Below, one piece after another: positions 17,286 through 26,405 of a stretch of DNA of 32,000 bases (position 1 is its first letter; every line of letters starts with the position of its first letter). This stretch comes from Paracoccus suum. GTDB lineage: Bacteria > Pseudomonadota > Alphaproteobacteria > Rhodobacterales > Rhodobacteraceae. Below the pieces are notes generated by a model. The model saw only the letters and a program-made list of their open reading frames with translations. It did not search any database and was not told where the DNA came from. A program made the translations under genes and the position numbers. The DNA lies in contig NZ_CP030918.1 of NCBI RefSeq assembly GCF_003324675.1, positions 1,470,001 through 1,502,000 of the forward strand, written 5' to 3'.

Positions 17286-18977
17286 ATGATCAGCCGTCGT
17301 GGTTTCATGCAGGCGTCTCTGGCTACCTCGGCGCTGCTCGCGGGTTTGGGCGTGACCAACCCCATGCGCGCCTTTGCCCAGCAAAAGCTGACACAGGACC
17401 AACTGCTGCAGTTCGATGATTTCGGCAATCTGACGCTGATCCACATCACCGACTGCCATGCCCACATCAAGCCCGTGTACTTCCGCGAGCCCGAGATCAA
17501 CATCGGCGTCGGCGACGCCGCCGGACGGCCGCCGCATGTCGTGGGCGAGGCGTTCCTCAAGATGTTCAACATCGCCCCGGGCAGCCCCGAGGCCTATGCC
17601 CTGACCTATCCCGACTTCGAAGCCCTGGCGAAAAGCTATGGCAAGATGGGCGGCTTTGACCGCATCGCCACGGTGGTCAAGGCGATCCGCGCCGCGCGTC
17701 CTGACAGCATCCTGCTGGACGGCGGCGATACCTGGCACGGCAGCTACACCAGCTACGAAACCAAGGGCGAGGACATGGTCAAGGTCATGAACCTGCTGGG
17801 TTCAGAGGCGATGACCGCGCACTGGGAGTTCACCTTCGGCACCGACCGCGTCAAGGAATTGACCGAGATGATGGACCAGCCGCTGCTGGGCGCCAATATC
17901 TTCGACGTCGAATGGGATGAGCCCGCGTTCGAGCCCTACAAGATCTTTGAAAAGGGCGGCGTAAAGGTCGGCGTGATCGGACAGGCGTTCCCGTACTTGC
18001 CGATCGCCAACCCCAAGTGGCTGTTCCCCGAATACAGCTTCGGCATCCGCGAAGAGCGGATGCAGGCCGTCGTCAACGAATTGCGCGACACCGAAAAGGT
18101 CGATCTGGTGGTCTGCCTGTCGCACAACGGCTTTGACGTGGACCACAAGATGGCCGGCCGGGTGAAGGGCATCGACGTGATCCTGTCGGGCCACACCCAT
18201 GACGCCATCCCCGAGCCGGTGCTGGTCGGCGAGACGATCATCATTGCCTCCGGCAGTCACGGCAAGTTCATCAGCCGCGTCGATCTCGACGTGCGCGACG
18301 GCCGGATGATGGGCTTCCGCCACAAGCTGATCCCGATCTTCTCGGACGTGATCGAGCCGGATGCCGAAATGACCGCGTTGGTCGACGAGGTGCGCGCGCC
18401 CTACGTCGAGAAACTGGACGAGGTCGTGGGCCACACCGACTCGCTGCTGTACCGCCGCGGCAATTTCAACGGCACCTGGGACAACGTCATCCTCGACGCG
18501 CTGATGTCCGAGCGGGACGCCGAGATCGCGCTCTCCCCCGGCGTGCGCTGGGGCGCCAGCCTGCTGCCGGGCGAGATCCGGCGCGAGGACGTCCATTCGG
18601 TCACGACCATGACCTATGGCCAGGCCTACCGCACCGAAATGTCCGGCGAGACGCTGAAGACGGTCATGGAGGATGTGGCCGACAACATCTTCAACAAGGA
18701 CCCCTACTACCAGCAGGGCGGGGACATGGTCCGCGTCGGCGGCATGGGCTTTACCATCGACCCGCGCGGCGAGATGGGCGGGCGCATCAGCAACATGACC
18801 TTCCTCAAGGACAACAGCCCGATCGACCCGGCGCGCAATTACGTGGTCGCGGGCTGGGCCTCGGTCAACGAGGGCACCGAAGGCCCGCAGATCTGGGACG
18901 TGGTCGAGGAATACCTGAAAAAGCAAGGCACCGTGTCGGCCGCACCCGCGACCAACATTGCCGTCACGGGACTATAA
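17286..18977 (+). CDS. soxB: Thiosulfohydrolase SoxB (dimanganese metallophosphoesterase / 5'-nucleotidase fold)
   Basis: ATG at 17286 gives a Tat signal (MISRRGFMQASLATSALLAGLG) and has an AAGGGA Shine-Dalgarno. Metallophosphoesterase motifs are HITDCHAH, GGDTWHGS, SHNG and SGHTHD. Confidence 0.95.
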   Translation: MISRRGFMQASLATSALLAGLGVTNPMRAFAQQKLTQDQLLQFDDFGNLTLIHITDCHAHIKPVYFREPEINIGVGDAAGRPPHVVGEAFLKMFNIAPGSPEAYALTYPDFEALAKSYGKMGGFDRIATVVKAIRAARPDSILLDGGDTWHGSYTSYETKGEDMVKVMNLLGSEAMTAHWEFTFGTDRVKELTEMMDQPLLGANIFDVEWDEPAFEPYKIFEKGGVKVGVIGQAFPYLPIANPKWLFPEYSFGIREERMQAVVNELRDTEKVDLVVCLSHNGFDVDHKMAGRVKGIDVILSGHTHDAIPEPVLVGETIIIASGSHGKFISRVDLDVRDGRMMGFRHKLIPIFSDVIEPDAEMTALVDEVRAPYVEKLDEVVGHTDSLLYRRGNFNGTWDNVILDALMSERDAEIALSPGVRWGASLLPGEIRREDVHSVTTMTYGQAYRTEMSGETLKTVMEDVADNIFNKDPYYQQGGDMVRVGGMGFTIDPRGEMGGRISNMTFLKDNSPIDPARNYVVAGWASVNEGTEGPQIWDVVEEYLKKQGTVSAAPATNIAVTGL

Positions 18978-18989
18978 AGGAGGTCCGCA

Positions 18990-20300
18990 ATGGACGATCT
19001 GACTATAGCTAAGGCCGCCGGGCTAAGCGGACGCATCGGCAGGCGCGGATTTCTGCGATCCGGCCTGGCGGGCGGCGTCGCCGCTGGCGCGCTGCTGGGC
19101 AGCGCGGCGGCCCGCGCGCAAGAGGCGCCCCCCGGCCCCGATCCGCTGATCACCGAGGTCCAGGACTGGGCGCGCAGCCTTGGCGACGGCGTCGATGCCG
19201 TGCCCTACGGCATGCCGATCGAGTTTGAATCCGACGTCATCCGCCGCAACGTGTCCTGGCTGACCGCCGACACAACCAGCAGCATCAACTTCACCCCGAT
19301 CCACGCGCTGGACGGCACGATCACGCCTCAGGGCTGCGCTTTCGAGCGTCACCATTCGGGCGCGATCTCGCTGGCAAAGCCTGACTACCGCCTGATGATC
19401 GACGGCCTGGTGGACCGCCCCCTGGTGTTCTCGTACGAGGACCTTGAGCGGTTCCCGCGGACCTCGGGTGTGTATTTCCTGGAATGCGCCGCCAACACAG
19501 GCATGGAATGGGCGGGTGCCCAGCTGAACGGCTCGCAGTTCACGCACGGCATGATCCATAATATGGAATACATCGGCGTCCCGCTGAAGACGCTGCTCGA
19601 CGAAGCCGGCATCAAGCCCGAGGGCAAATGGGTCTATGTCGAGGGCGCCGACGCCTCCTCGAACGGCCGCTCGATCCCGATGGAAAAGGCGCTCGCCGAC
19701 TGCCTGGTGGCCTTCAAGGCCAATGGCGAGGCGCTCCGCAAGGAGCATGGCTATCCCGTCCGGCTGGTCGTGCCGGGTTGGGAAGGCAACATGTGGGTCA
19801 AGTGGCTGCGCCGCATCGAAGTCACCGATGCCGCCGTCGAGAGTCGCGAAGAGACCTCGAAATACACTGATACGCTGGCCGACGGCGTCACCCGCAAGTG
19901 GACGTGGGTCATGGACGCGAAGTCGGTCATCACGGCGCCGTCGCCGCAGATGCCGATCAAACATGGCAAGGGTCCACTGGTCATCACCGGCCTCGCCTGG
20001 TCGGGTCGCGGCGCGATCAAGCGGGTCGACGTCTCGGTCGATGGCGGCAAGACCTGGCGTGAGGCCCGTCTGGCCGCGCCGGGCGTCGCGATGGCGGTCA
20101 GCCGGTTCTACCTCGACCATGATTGGGACGGCAGCGAGATGCTGCTGCAGTCGCGGGCGATGGATGACACCGGTTATGTCCAGCCGACCAAGGACGCGCT
20201 GCGCGCCATTCGCGGCGTCAATTCGGTCTATCACAGCAATGGTATCCAGACCTGGTGGGTCAAGCCGACGGGAGAGGCTGAAAATGTCGAAGTTTCCTAA
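18990..20300 (+). CDS. soxC: Sulfane dehydrogenase molybdopterin subunit SoxC
   Basis: An AGGAGG Shine-Dalgarno lies upstream. It has a Tat signal (GRRGFLRSGLAGGVAAGALLGSAAARAQ) and a sulfite-oxidase-family Moco domain with the Cys ligand context YFLECAANTG. Confidence 0.94.
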   Translation: MDDLTIAKAAGLSGRIGRRGFLRSGLAGGVAAGALLGSAAARAQEAPPGPDPLITEVQDWARSLGDGVDAVPYGMPIEFESDVIRRNVSWLTADTTSSINFTPIHALDGTITPQGCAFERHHSGAISLAKPDYRLMIDGLVDRPLVFSYEDLERFPRTSGVYFLECAANTGMEWAGAQLNGSQFTHGMIHNMEYIGVPLKTLLDEAGIKPEGKWVYVEGADASSNGRSIPMEKALADCLVAFKANGEALRKEHGYPVRLVVPGWEGNMWVKWLRRIEVTDAAVESREETSKYTDTLADGVTRKWTWVMDAKSVITAPSPQMPIKHGKGPLVITGLAWSGRGAIKRVDVSVDGGKTWREARLAAPGVAMAVSRFYLDHDWDGSEMLLQSRAMDDTGYVQPTKDALRAIRGVNSVYHSNGIQTWWVKPTGEAENVEVS

Positions 20301-21705
20301 GCTTCTGTTCCTCGGCGCGATGCTGGCACTGCCGGCCTCGGTGAGTGCCCAGACCTTCGGCCTCGGCCGGCCGGCGCTGCCGGAGGAGATCGCGGCCTGG
20401 AACGTGCGCGTGATGCCCGACGGCCGCGGCCTGCCCGACGGGCAAGGCAGCGTGGAGGATGGCGAGTCGCTGTTCTCGGACCGCTGCGCCATGTGCCACG
20501 GCGAATTTGCGGAGGGTGCCGGCCGTTATCCGGCGCTTGCGGGCGGCGAGGGCACGCTGGCCAATGACGATCCGGTAAAGACCGTCGGATCGTTCTGGCC
20601 GCACCTGTCGACCGTGTTCGACTATGCCCACCGCTCGATGCCGTATGGCGATGCGCAGTCACTGACGCCGGACGAAACCTACGCAATCGTGGCCTACATC
20701 CTCTACTCCAACGATCTGGTGGACGATGATTTCGTCCTGTCGAAGGACAATTTCCTCGACGTGAAATTGCCCAACGCGGACGGGTTCATCGAGGACGACC
20801 GCGATGCGAAGGAACTGCCCGAATTCTCCAAGGAGCCGTGCATGGACGGCTGCAAGGAGAAGGTCGAGATCACGATGCACGCGTCGAACCTGGACGTGAC
20901 TCCGGGCGAGGCGGACGACGGCGACGCCGGTGCCGTCTCGCTGGAGGGCGGCGCAGCGCCGGCAGGTGAGGCCGCTGCCACCGACGCCGCGCCTGCCGAT
21001 GCGGCAACCCCGGCGGATGCTGCCGCCCCGGCCGAGCCTGCTGCTCCCGCCGCGCCTGCCGACGCTGCTACGGCCGCTGAGGCTCCAGCCGCTGATGCGG
21101 CCGGCGCGCCTATTGGGACTGCGGCCGATCCCGAGCCCAAGCCGGCAAGCCCCGAGGCGGTCGATCCCGGCGCGGCGCAGATTCCGGCGACGCCGGAGGC
21201 CCCGGCGGCAAAGGAAACTGGCGACGCCGACAGCTCGGCAGCTGCTGCTGCGCCTTCGGAGCCGGCCGCCGCCCCGGCAGAGCCCGCACCGGCTGCCCCG
21301 GCGGCTGATGGCGCGGCCCCCGCTGCCGCTGCGGCCCCTGCTGCTGCCGCGCCGGCTGAGGCTGCCGCGGCCGCACCGGCTGCGGACCCGGAGATGATCG
21401 CCGCTGGCGAGAAGGTGTTCGGCAAGTGCAAGGCCTGTCACAAGGTGGGCGAGGGCGCCAAGAACGCTGTCGGCCCGCAGCTGAACGGCATCGTCGGGCG
21501 GCAGGCCGCGACGGCCGAGGGGTTCAAATACTCCAAGGCAATGGCTGACGCCGGCGCCGGGGGCCTCGTCTGGGACAGCGCCGCGCTGCACGGCTATCTC
21601 GCGGATCCCAAGGCCTACATGCCCGGCAATAAGATGAGCTTTGCCGGCCTGAAAAAGCCCGCCGACGTCGATGCCGTGGTCGCGTACCTGGCCTCGCATC
21701 CCTGA
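20284..21705 (+). CDS. soxD: Diheme cytochrome c SoxD
   Basis: ATG at 20284 overlaps the soxC end by 17 nt. It has a signal peptide (MSKFPKLLFLGAMLALPASVSAQ) and two heme motifs, CAMCH and CKACH, separated by a long Ala/Pro-rich linker. The ORF-track entry from 19636 is an in-frame upstream extension that overlaps soxC. Confidence 0.9.
   Translation: MSKFPKLLFLGAMLALPASVSAQTFGLGRPALPEEIAAWNVRVMPDGRGLPDGQGSVEDGESLFSDRCAMCHGEFAEGAGRYPALAGGEGTLANDDPVKTVGSFWPHLSTVFDYAHRSMPYGDAQSLTPDETYAIVAYILYSNDLVDDDFVLSKDNFLDVKLPNADGFIEDDRDAKELPEFSKEPCMDGCKEKVEITMHASNLDVTPGEADDGDAGAVSLEGGAAPAGEAAATDAAPADAATPADAAAPAEPAAPAAPADAATAAEAPAADAAGAPIGTAADPEPKPASPEAVDPGAAQIPATPEAPAAKETGDADSSAAAAAPSEPAAAPAEPAPAAPAADGAAPAAAAAPAAAAPAEAAAAAPAADPEMIAAGEKVFGKCKACHKVGEGAKNAVGPQLNGIVGRQAATAEGFKYSKAMADAGAGGLVWDSAALHGYLADPKAYMPGNKMSFAGLKKPADVDAVVAYLASHP
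20902..21390 (+). repeat. Low-complexity Ala/Pro/Asp/Glu linker of about 163 codons between the two heme domains of SoxD
   Basis: Translation runs PGEADDGDAGAVSLEGGAAPAGEAAATDAAPADAATPADAAAPAEPAAPAAPADAATAAEAPAADAAG and on to AAPAAAAAPAAAAPAEAAAAAPAADPE. The segment also generates long spurious ORFs on the opposite strand. Confidence 0.85.
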
Positions 21706-21710
21706 AAATC

Positions 21711-21736
21711 CGGGCGCGGCAGCAATGCCGCGCCCG
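21711..21736 (+). terminator. GC-rich hairpin after soxD (candidate terminator, no downstream U-tract)
   Basis: The sequence is CGGGCGCGGCA-GCAA-TGCCGCGCCCG, a perfect 11-bp stem starting 6 nt after the soxD stop. It is preceded by AAAA on the + strand, which would be a U-run for a minus-strand reading, but is not followed by a T-run. Confidence 0.4.
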
Positions 21737-21791
21737 ATCCTCGTGCACGCCGGGCATGGCGGTTTGGTAGAAGCCGGGTCATGATCTGACC

Positions 21792-22874
21792 ATGAGGCAC
21801 ATCATGCTGGACCTTCTGCCCGACCGCGACGCGCTCTACCGCGCGCTTGTGGATCGCAACCCGAAATTCGAAGGGCGTGCGCTGGTTGGCGTGACCACCA
21901 CCGGCATTTTCTGCCGCCTGACCTGTCCCGCCCGAAAGCCCCTGCCCGAAAACTGCCAGTGGTTCGCCGCCCCGGCCGAGGCGCTTGCCGCGGGCTTTCG
22001 CCCCTGCCTGCGCTGCCACCCGCTGGTCCCGGCCGAGGCTGATGGCGACCCGACCATCCGCCGCCTGACCCACGCACTGTCGGCCGACCCTGCCAAGGTC
22101 TGGACCGAAGCAGATGTCGCCGCCCTCGGCCTCGACCCCTCGACCGTGCGCCGCGCCTTTCGCCGCCATTTCGGCATGACCTTCCTCGAGCTATCGCGGC
22201 AGACCCGCCTGCGCGGCAGCGTCGCCCGGATCGGCCGGAGCGAGCCGGTGATCGAGGCGCAGTTGGATGCCGGTTTTGATAGCGCCTCGGGCTTTCGCGC
22301 CGCCTTTGCCCGGCTGTTTGGCCATCCGCCCGCGGCGATGCAGGCTGCAGATGCCGGGCTGATGGCCGACTGGATCGACACCCCGCTGGGCGGCATGATC
22401 ACCGTCGCCGACAATCGTAGCCTGCATCTGCTGGAGTTTGTCGGCCGCCGGGCGCTGGGGACCGAAGTGCGGCGCCTCTCCGACGGGGCAGGCGGGCGCA
22501 TCGGCGTCGGCCGCACCGCCGCCATCGACCGGACCGAAGCCGAACTGGCGCGCTATTTCGCAGCCGAGGCGGCCGAGTTCACCGTCCCCCTGGTCCTGCA
22601 CGGCACGCCGTTTCATCGTCAGGTGTGGGCGGCCCTGCAGGAAATCCCGCCGGGGGAGACCGTCAGCTATGGTGCGCTGGCCCAGAAAATTGGCCGGCCT
22701 ACCGCCAGCCGCGCCGTTGCGCGTGCCAACGGCGCCAACCAGATCGCGATCATCATTCCCTGCCACCGCGTGATCGGCGCGGATGGCAGCCTGACCGGCT
22801 ATGGCGGCGGTTTGTGGCGTAAGCAGATGCTTATCGATATCGAGCGGCGTCTTGGGGGACGCCAGACGGCCTAG
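21792..22874 (+). CDS. ada: Bifunctional Ada: methylphosphotriester-DNA / O6-methylguanine-DNA methyltransferase and AraC-type regulator
   Basis: The N-terminal Ada zinc domain is FCRLTCPARKPLPENCQWFAAPAEALAAGFRPCLRCHP. A central AraC HTH follows. The C-terminal MGMT active site is IIIPCHRVIG. An alternative ATG is at 21804. Confidence 0.9.
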   Translation: MRHIMLDLLPDRDALYRALVDRNPKFEGRALVGVTTTGIFCRLTCPARKPLPENCQWFAAPAEALAAGFRPCLRCHPLVPAEADGDPTIRRLTHALSADPAKVWTEADVAALGLDPSTVRRAFRRHFGMTFLELSRQTRLRGSVARIGRSEPVIEAQLDAGFDSASGFRAAFARLFGHPPAAMQAADAGLMADWIDTPLGGMITVADNRSLHLLEFVGRRALGTEVRRLSDGAGGRIGVGRTAAIDRTEAELARYFAAEAAEFTVPLVLHGTPFHRQVWAALQEIPPGETVSYGALAQKIGRPTASRAVARANGANQIAIIIPCHRVIGADGSLTGYGGGLWRKQMLIDIERRLGGRQTA

Positions 22875-22894
22875 TCGGGGGGCCGGAGGTGGCG

Positions 22895-23815
22895 TCAGGC
22901 GGCCGTCGCGTGCGGGCCGCCGGCGTCGGTGTCGCGGCCGCCCCAGGGACGGGCGAGCAGGCGCGACCAACGCGGCGCGGCGCGGGTGGGCAAGTGCCGG
23001 CGCAGCAACCACAGCGGCAGCGCCTCAGGCTGGCGCAACGCGGCGGCATAGAGTTCGAACAGGCCATCGCGCAAATAGGGCGACCAGTGCGAGTAGCGTT
23101 GCGCCTGCCCGCTGATCGGAAAGCCCATGCTTTTCAGCGCGGCCAGGGTGTCGGATGCGTCAATCTGGAGGTCAAGCCAACGGTCGGTGCGGCGCGACAG
23201 TCCAAAGCCGAGCGCCGGGCGCCGTCCGGCTGACAGCGCGATTTCCATTGCGAAATCATAAAGATCGTTCTCGCGGCTGGTAACGTTGATTACCTCGGCC
23301 AGCTGCCCGGCGGGGCTGGCGATGGCGACCTCGGCGCGGTCGCGCATCTCGGCGGCGGCCAACAGGATCAGCCGCCCAGCGGCGCCGGGGGCAGTGTGGC
23401 CCAGCGCCTCTAGCGCGACGCGCGCGCCCAGCGAGTGGCCGATCATCGCGACCGGCCGGCCGGCCGCGGAGGCCAGGGCCTCGACCAGCGGACCCAGATC
23501 GGCGCCCGCCGCAGCGGCTTGACCGTAGGCGGTGCGCAGCCTGCCGCGCGCCTCCCAGCCAAAGGCGACGGCCAATCCCTCGCGCGGATCATCGGCGTTG
23601 CCAAAGCCTAGGGCGCGCGGCCAGGAAACCGCACGGCGGCAGTCGGCGGGCGGGTGCAGGCCCAGGATGTGGTTGTGCGGGTCGTGGATCGAATGCGGCG
23701 AAAACCGGTAGCCGTGGATCATCACCACGATCGGCGCCCCGGCCGGAAGCGCGGCCGCGATCTGCCAGGTCCGTTCGGGTGGGGCTTCGCCTGCATTAAC
23801 AACGACCAGCGCCAT
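22895..23815 (-). CDS. Alpha/beta-fold hydrolase of unknown specificity
   Basis: ATG at 23815 gives MALVVVNAG. It has the nucleophile elbow IGHSLGA and the oxyanion-like VVMIHGY. It is convergent with ada. Confidence 0.72.
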   Translation of the reverse strand: MALVVVNAGEAPPERTWQIAAALPAGAPIVVMIHGYRFSPHSIHDPHNHILGLHPPADCRRAVSWPRALGFGNADDPREGLAVAFGWEARGRLRTAYGQAAAAGADLGPLVEALASAAGRPVAMIGHSLGARVALEALGHTAPGAAGRLILLAAAEMRDRAEVAIASPAGQLAEVINVTSRENDLYDFAMEIALSAGRRPALGFGLSRRTDRWLDLQIDASDTLAALKSMGFPISGQAQRYSHWSPYLRDGLFELYAAALRQPEALPLWLLRRHLPTRAAPRWSRLLARPWGGRDTDAGGPHATAA

Positions 23816-24000
23816 GCCAGACCGTCCTTTCCCAGTAATTGCGGGCAATGTGCCGGATGGTCGCGACAGCCGGATGTCCGCTGGGTTACATGAAGGTGAC
23901 GCCCGCGCGCGCTCGCCGGTTCCCGCGTCGCTGCTGCGCGAAAAACTTGCAGCAGCATCTGCGGCCCGCTAGGGACAGGCGGTCCCCCATGAGGCCCGCC

Positions 24001-25200
24001 ATGACCGACAGCCCCACCGAACGTGATCGCAAATCCATGGGCCGCCAGACCCGCGCGGTCCATGCCGGCGCGCGCCGCAGCCAGTATGGCGAGCTGGCCG
24101 AGGCGATCTTCATGACGCAGGGCTTTCTCTACGACTCGGCCGAGCAGGCGGAAAAGCGGTTCCTGGGCACCGGCCCGGACGAGTTCATCTATGCCCGCTA
24201 CGGCAACCCCACCTCGCGCATGTTCGAGGACCGGATCGCCAGCCTCGAAGGGACCGAGGATGCGTTTGCGACCGCCTCGGGCATGGCCGCGGTCAACGGC
24301 GCGCTGTTCGCCTATCTGCGGCCCGGTGATCGCGTCGTTTCCGCGCGCGCGCTGTTTGGCAGCTGCGCCTATGTTCTTGACCTGCTGGCGGGGTATGGTG
24401 TGCAGGTCGACTGGGTCGATGGGCTGGACCTGGCCCAGTGGCGCGCGGCGCTGGCGCAGCCGGCCAAGGCCGTCTTCTTTGAGAGCCTGTCCAACCCGAC
24501 GCTGGAGGTGATCGACCTTCCGGCCGTCGCGGCGCTTGCCCATGAGGCGGGCGCGCTGGTCATGGTCGACAACGTTTTCGTGACCCCGACATTCTCGCGC
24601 GCCGTCGAACAGGGCGCCGACGTGGTGATCTATTCGGCGACCAAGCACATCGACGGCAGCGGCCGGGCGCTGGGCGGGGTGATCTGCGGCACCCGCGATT
24701 TCGTGCGCGGCATCGCCGAGCCCTATCTGAAGCATACCGGCGGGGCCATTAGCCCGTTCAACGCCTGGATCATGCTGAACGGCCTCGTGACCATGGATCT
24801 GCGGGTCCGCGCACAATGTGCCAGCGCGGCGGTGATCGCGCAGGCGCTATCCGCGCGCGGCGATGTGCGGGTGATCTATCCCGGCCTTCCCGAGCATCCG
24901 CAGCACGATGTCGCGATGAAGGTCATGGGCACCGGCGGGACGATGATCGCGCTCGACTTGCCGGGCGGCAAGGAGGTGGCGTTCCGCGTGCTGGACGCGC
25001 TGCAGGTCATCTCGCTCAGCAACAACCTGGGCGATGCGCGCTCGATCGTAACGCACCCCGCGACCACCACCCATCAGCGCCTGGCGGACGAGGCGCGGGC
25101 GCGCCTGGGGATCGGTCCCGGCCTGTTGCGCCTCTCCATCGGGCTGGAGGATACGGCAGACCTGCTGGCCGACCTCGAATCGGCGCTGGCGGCGGCCTAA
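24001..25200 (+). CDS. metZ: O-succinylhomoserine sulfhydrylase (Cys/Met-metabolism PLP enzyme)
   Basis: It has RAVHAGARRSQYGELAEAIFMTQGF, YARYGNPT and the PLP-lysine context YSATKHIDGSGR. Start is ATG at 24001 (MTDSPTE) or 23989. The ORF-track start at 23839 is unlikely. Confidence 0.88.
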   Translation: MTDSPTERDRKSMGRQTRAVHAGARRSQYGELAEAIFMTQGFLYDSAEQAEKRFLGTGPDEFIYARYGNPTSRMFEDRIASLEGTEDAFATASGMAAVNGALFAYLRPGDRVVSARALFGSCAYVLDLLAGYGVQVDWVDGLDLAQWRAALAQPAKAVFFESLSNPTLEVIDLPAVAALAHEAGALVMVDNVFVTPTFSRAVEQGADVVIYSATKHIDGSGRALGGVICGTRDFVRGIAEPYLKHTGGAISPFNAWIMLNGLVTMDLRVRAQCASAAVIAQALSARGDVRVIYPGLPEHPQHDVAMKVMGTGGTMIALDLPGGKEVAFRVLDALQVISLSNNLGDARSIVTHPATTTHQRLADEARARLGIGPGLLRLSIGLEDTADLLADLESALAAA

Positions 25201-25268
25201 GCGCCGCCCCCTCGCTTTTCGACCGCACCTACCCCATATCCCTTGCGAGCATTATCCGAGGTGCCGCG

Positions 25269-26231
25269 ATGAATGACACGCGAGAGATCACCGCGACCTA
25301 TCCCGTGCTTCGGCGCGATTACCCGGCCGACTTCGTGGTCGACGACGCCTATCGCGCGGGCCTGCCGGACCTGCAGAATGGCCCCGCCAGCCTGATCGTC
25401 GGCGCGCGCGCGCCGATCCAGCACGTCGGGATCTCGAACTTCCGCCTGCCGATCCGCTACCAGACCAAGTCCGGCGGCGAGATGACGCTGGAGACGAGTG
25501 TTACCGGCACCGTCAGCCTTGAGGCGGACCGCAAGGGCATCAACATGAGCCGCATCATGCGCTCGTTCTATGCCCATGCCGAAAAGCAGTTCAGCCTGTC
25601 GGTGCTTCAAGCCGCGCTGGACGATTACCGCGCAGATCACGAAAGCCTCGGCGCGCGGATCATGATGCGACTCAGCTACCCCGAGCGGGTGCTTTCGCTG
25701 CGCTCTGGCCTTGAGGGTTGGCAGTATTACGACATTGCCATGGAACTGGTCGAGCAGGCAGAGCGCCGGTTGCGGATACTGCACCTTGACTACGTCTATT
25801 CATCGACCTGCCCCTGCTCGCTGGAATTGTCCGAACACGCGCGGGCCCAGCGTGGCCAACTGGCGACGCCGCATTCGCAGCGCTCGATCGCGCGCCTGTC
25901 GGTGGTCATGCAGGGCGAGGGCAAGCTGTGGTTCGAGGACATGATTGCGCTGGCCCGGCGCGCCATCGCGACCGAGACTCAGGTCATGGTCAAGCGCGAG
26001 GACGAGCAGGCCTTCGCCGAGCTTAACGCCGCCAATCCGATCTTTGTCGAGGACGCGGTGCGCGCCTTTGCGCAGCAGTTGCAGGCCGAACCGCGGGTCG
26101 GCGATTTCCGGGTGGTCGCGAGCCATCAGGAATCGCTGCACTCTCATGATGCCGTCAGCCTGCTGACCGAGGGGCCCACCTTTGCCCAGGTCAGCCTCGA
26201 CCCGCTTGGGTTCGCGGGCCTCAGCGCCTGA
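25269..26231 (+). CDS. folE2: GTP cyclohydrolase I type 2 (FolE2 / DUF198)
   Basis: ATG at 25269 (MNDTREI). It has PDLQNG, IQHVGISNFRLPIRY, GINMSRIMRSF and STCPCS, which are characteristic of FolE2. The upstream part of the ORF-track entry overlaps metZ and is spurious. Confidence 0.88.
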   Translation: MNDTREITATYPVLRRDYPADFVVDDAYRAGLPDLQNGPASLIVGARAPIQHVGISNFRLPIRYQTKSGGEMTLETSVTGTVSLEADRKGINMSRIMRSFYAHAEKQFSLSVLQAALDDYRADHESLGARIMMRLSYPERVLSLRSGLEGWQYYDIAMELVEQAERRLRILHLDYVYSSTCPCSLELSEHARAQRGQLATPHSQRSIARLSVVMQGEGKLWFEDMIALARRAIATETQVMVKREDEQAFAELNAANPIFVEDAVRAFAQQLQAEPRVGDFRVVASHQESLHSHDAVSLLTEGPTFAQVSLDPLGFAGLSA

Positions 26232-26405
26232 CCCAGGGCGCACGGGCTGCCGCGCGCCGATATTTCCTTTGTCCTTCGGCTTGAAGGCTCGGTGCGCCGC
26301 CCTATCTGGGACAGGTGGACCGGGCCCCTCTGGCGGCGCTTGCCGTGATGTCGGCCACGCTAAACGCGGCCGCGTGCGGCTGCCGAACGCACACAGAGAG
26401 GGGTC

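Noticed and set aside
13826-21791. The sox cluster as a horizontally acquired island.
   Set aside because: There is no flanking tRNA, integrase, IS element or direct repeat. By eye there is no compositional break relative to neighbouring housekeeping genes.
23849-24000. A SAM-II riboswitch upstream of metZ.
   Set aside because: I saw no GAUUU...GCUUG...AAAGCU-type pseudoknot signature. Only a simple hairpin is present, and I report it as a low-interest finding.
25201-25268. A Zur box upstream of folE2. FolE2 is often the zinc-independent paralogue under Zur control.
   Set aside because: There is no AT-rich palindrome of the Zur type in the 68-nt metZ-folE2 spacer. folE2 may simply be co-transcribed with metZ.
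26232-26405. A possible yybP-ykoY (Mn2+) riboswitch or alx-type pH-responsive leader upstream of the TerC-family gene.
   Set aside because: I could not find the conserved GGGGAGUAG 5' element or the matching 3' GAGAC/CAAGACC element in the 174-nt leader. Only generic GC hairpins are present. A cmsearch with RF00080 would settle it.
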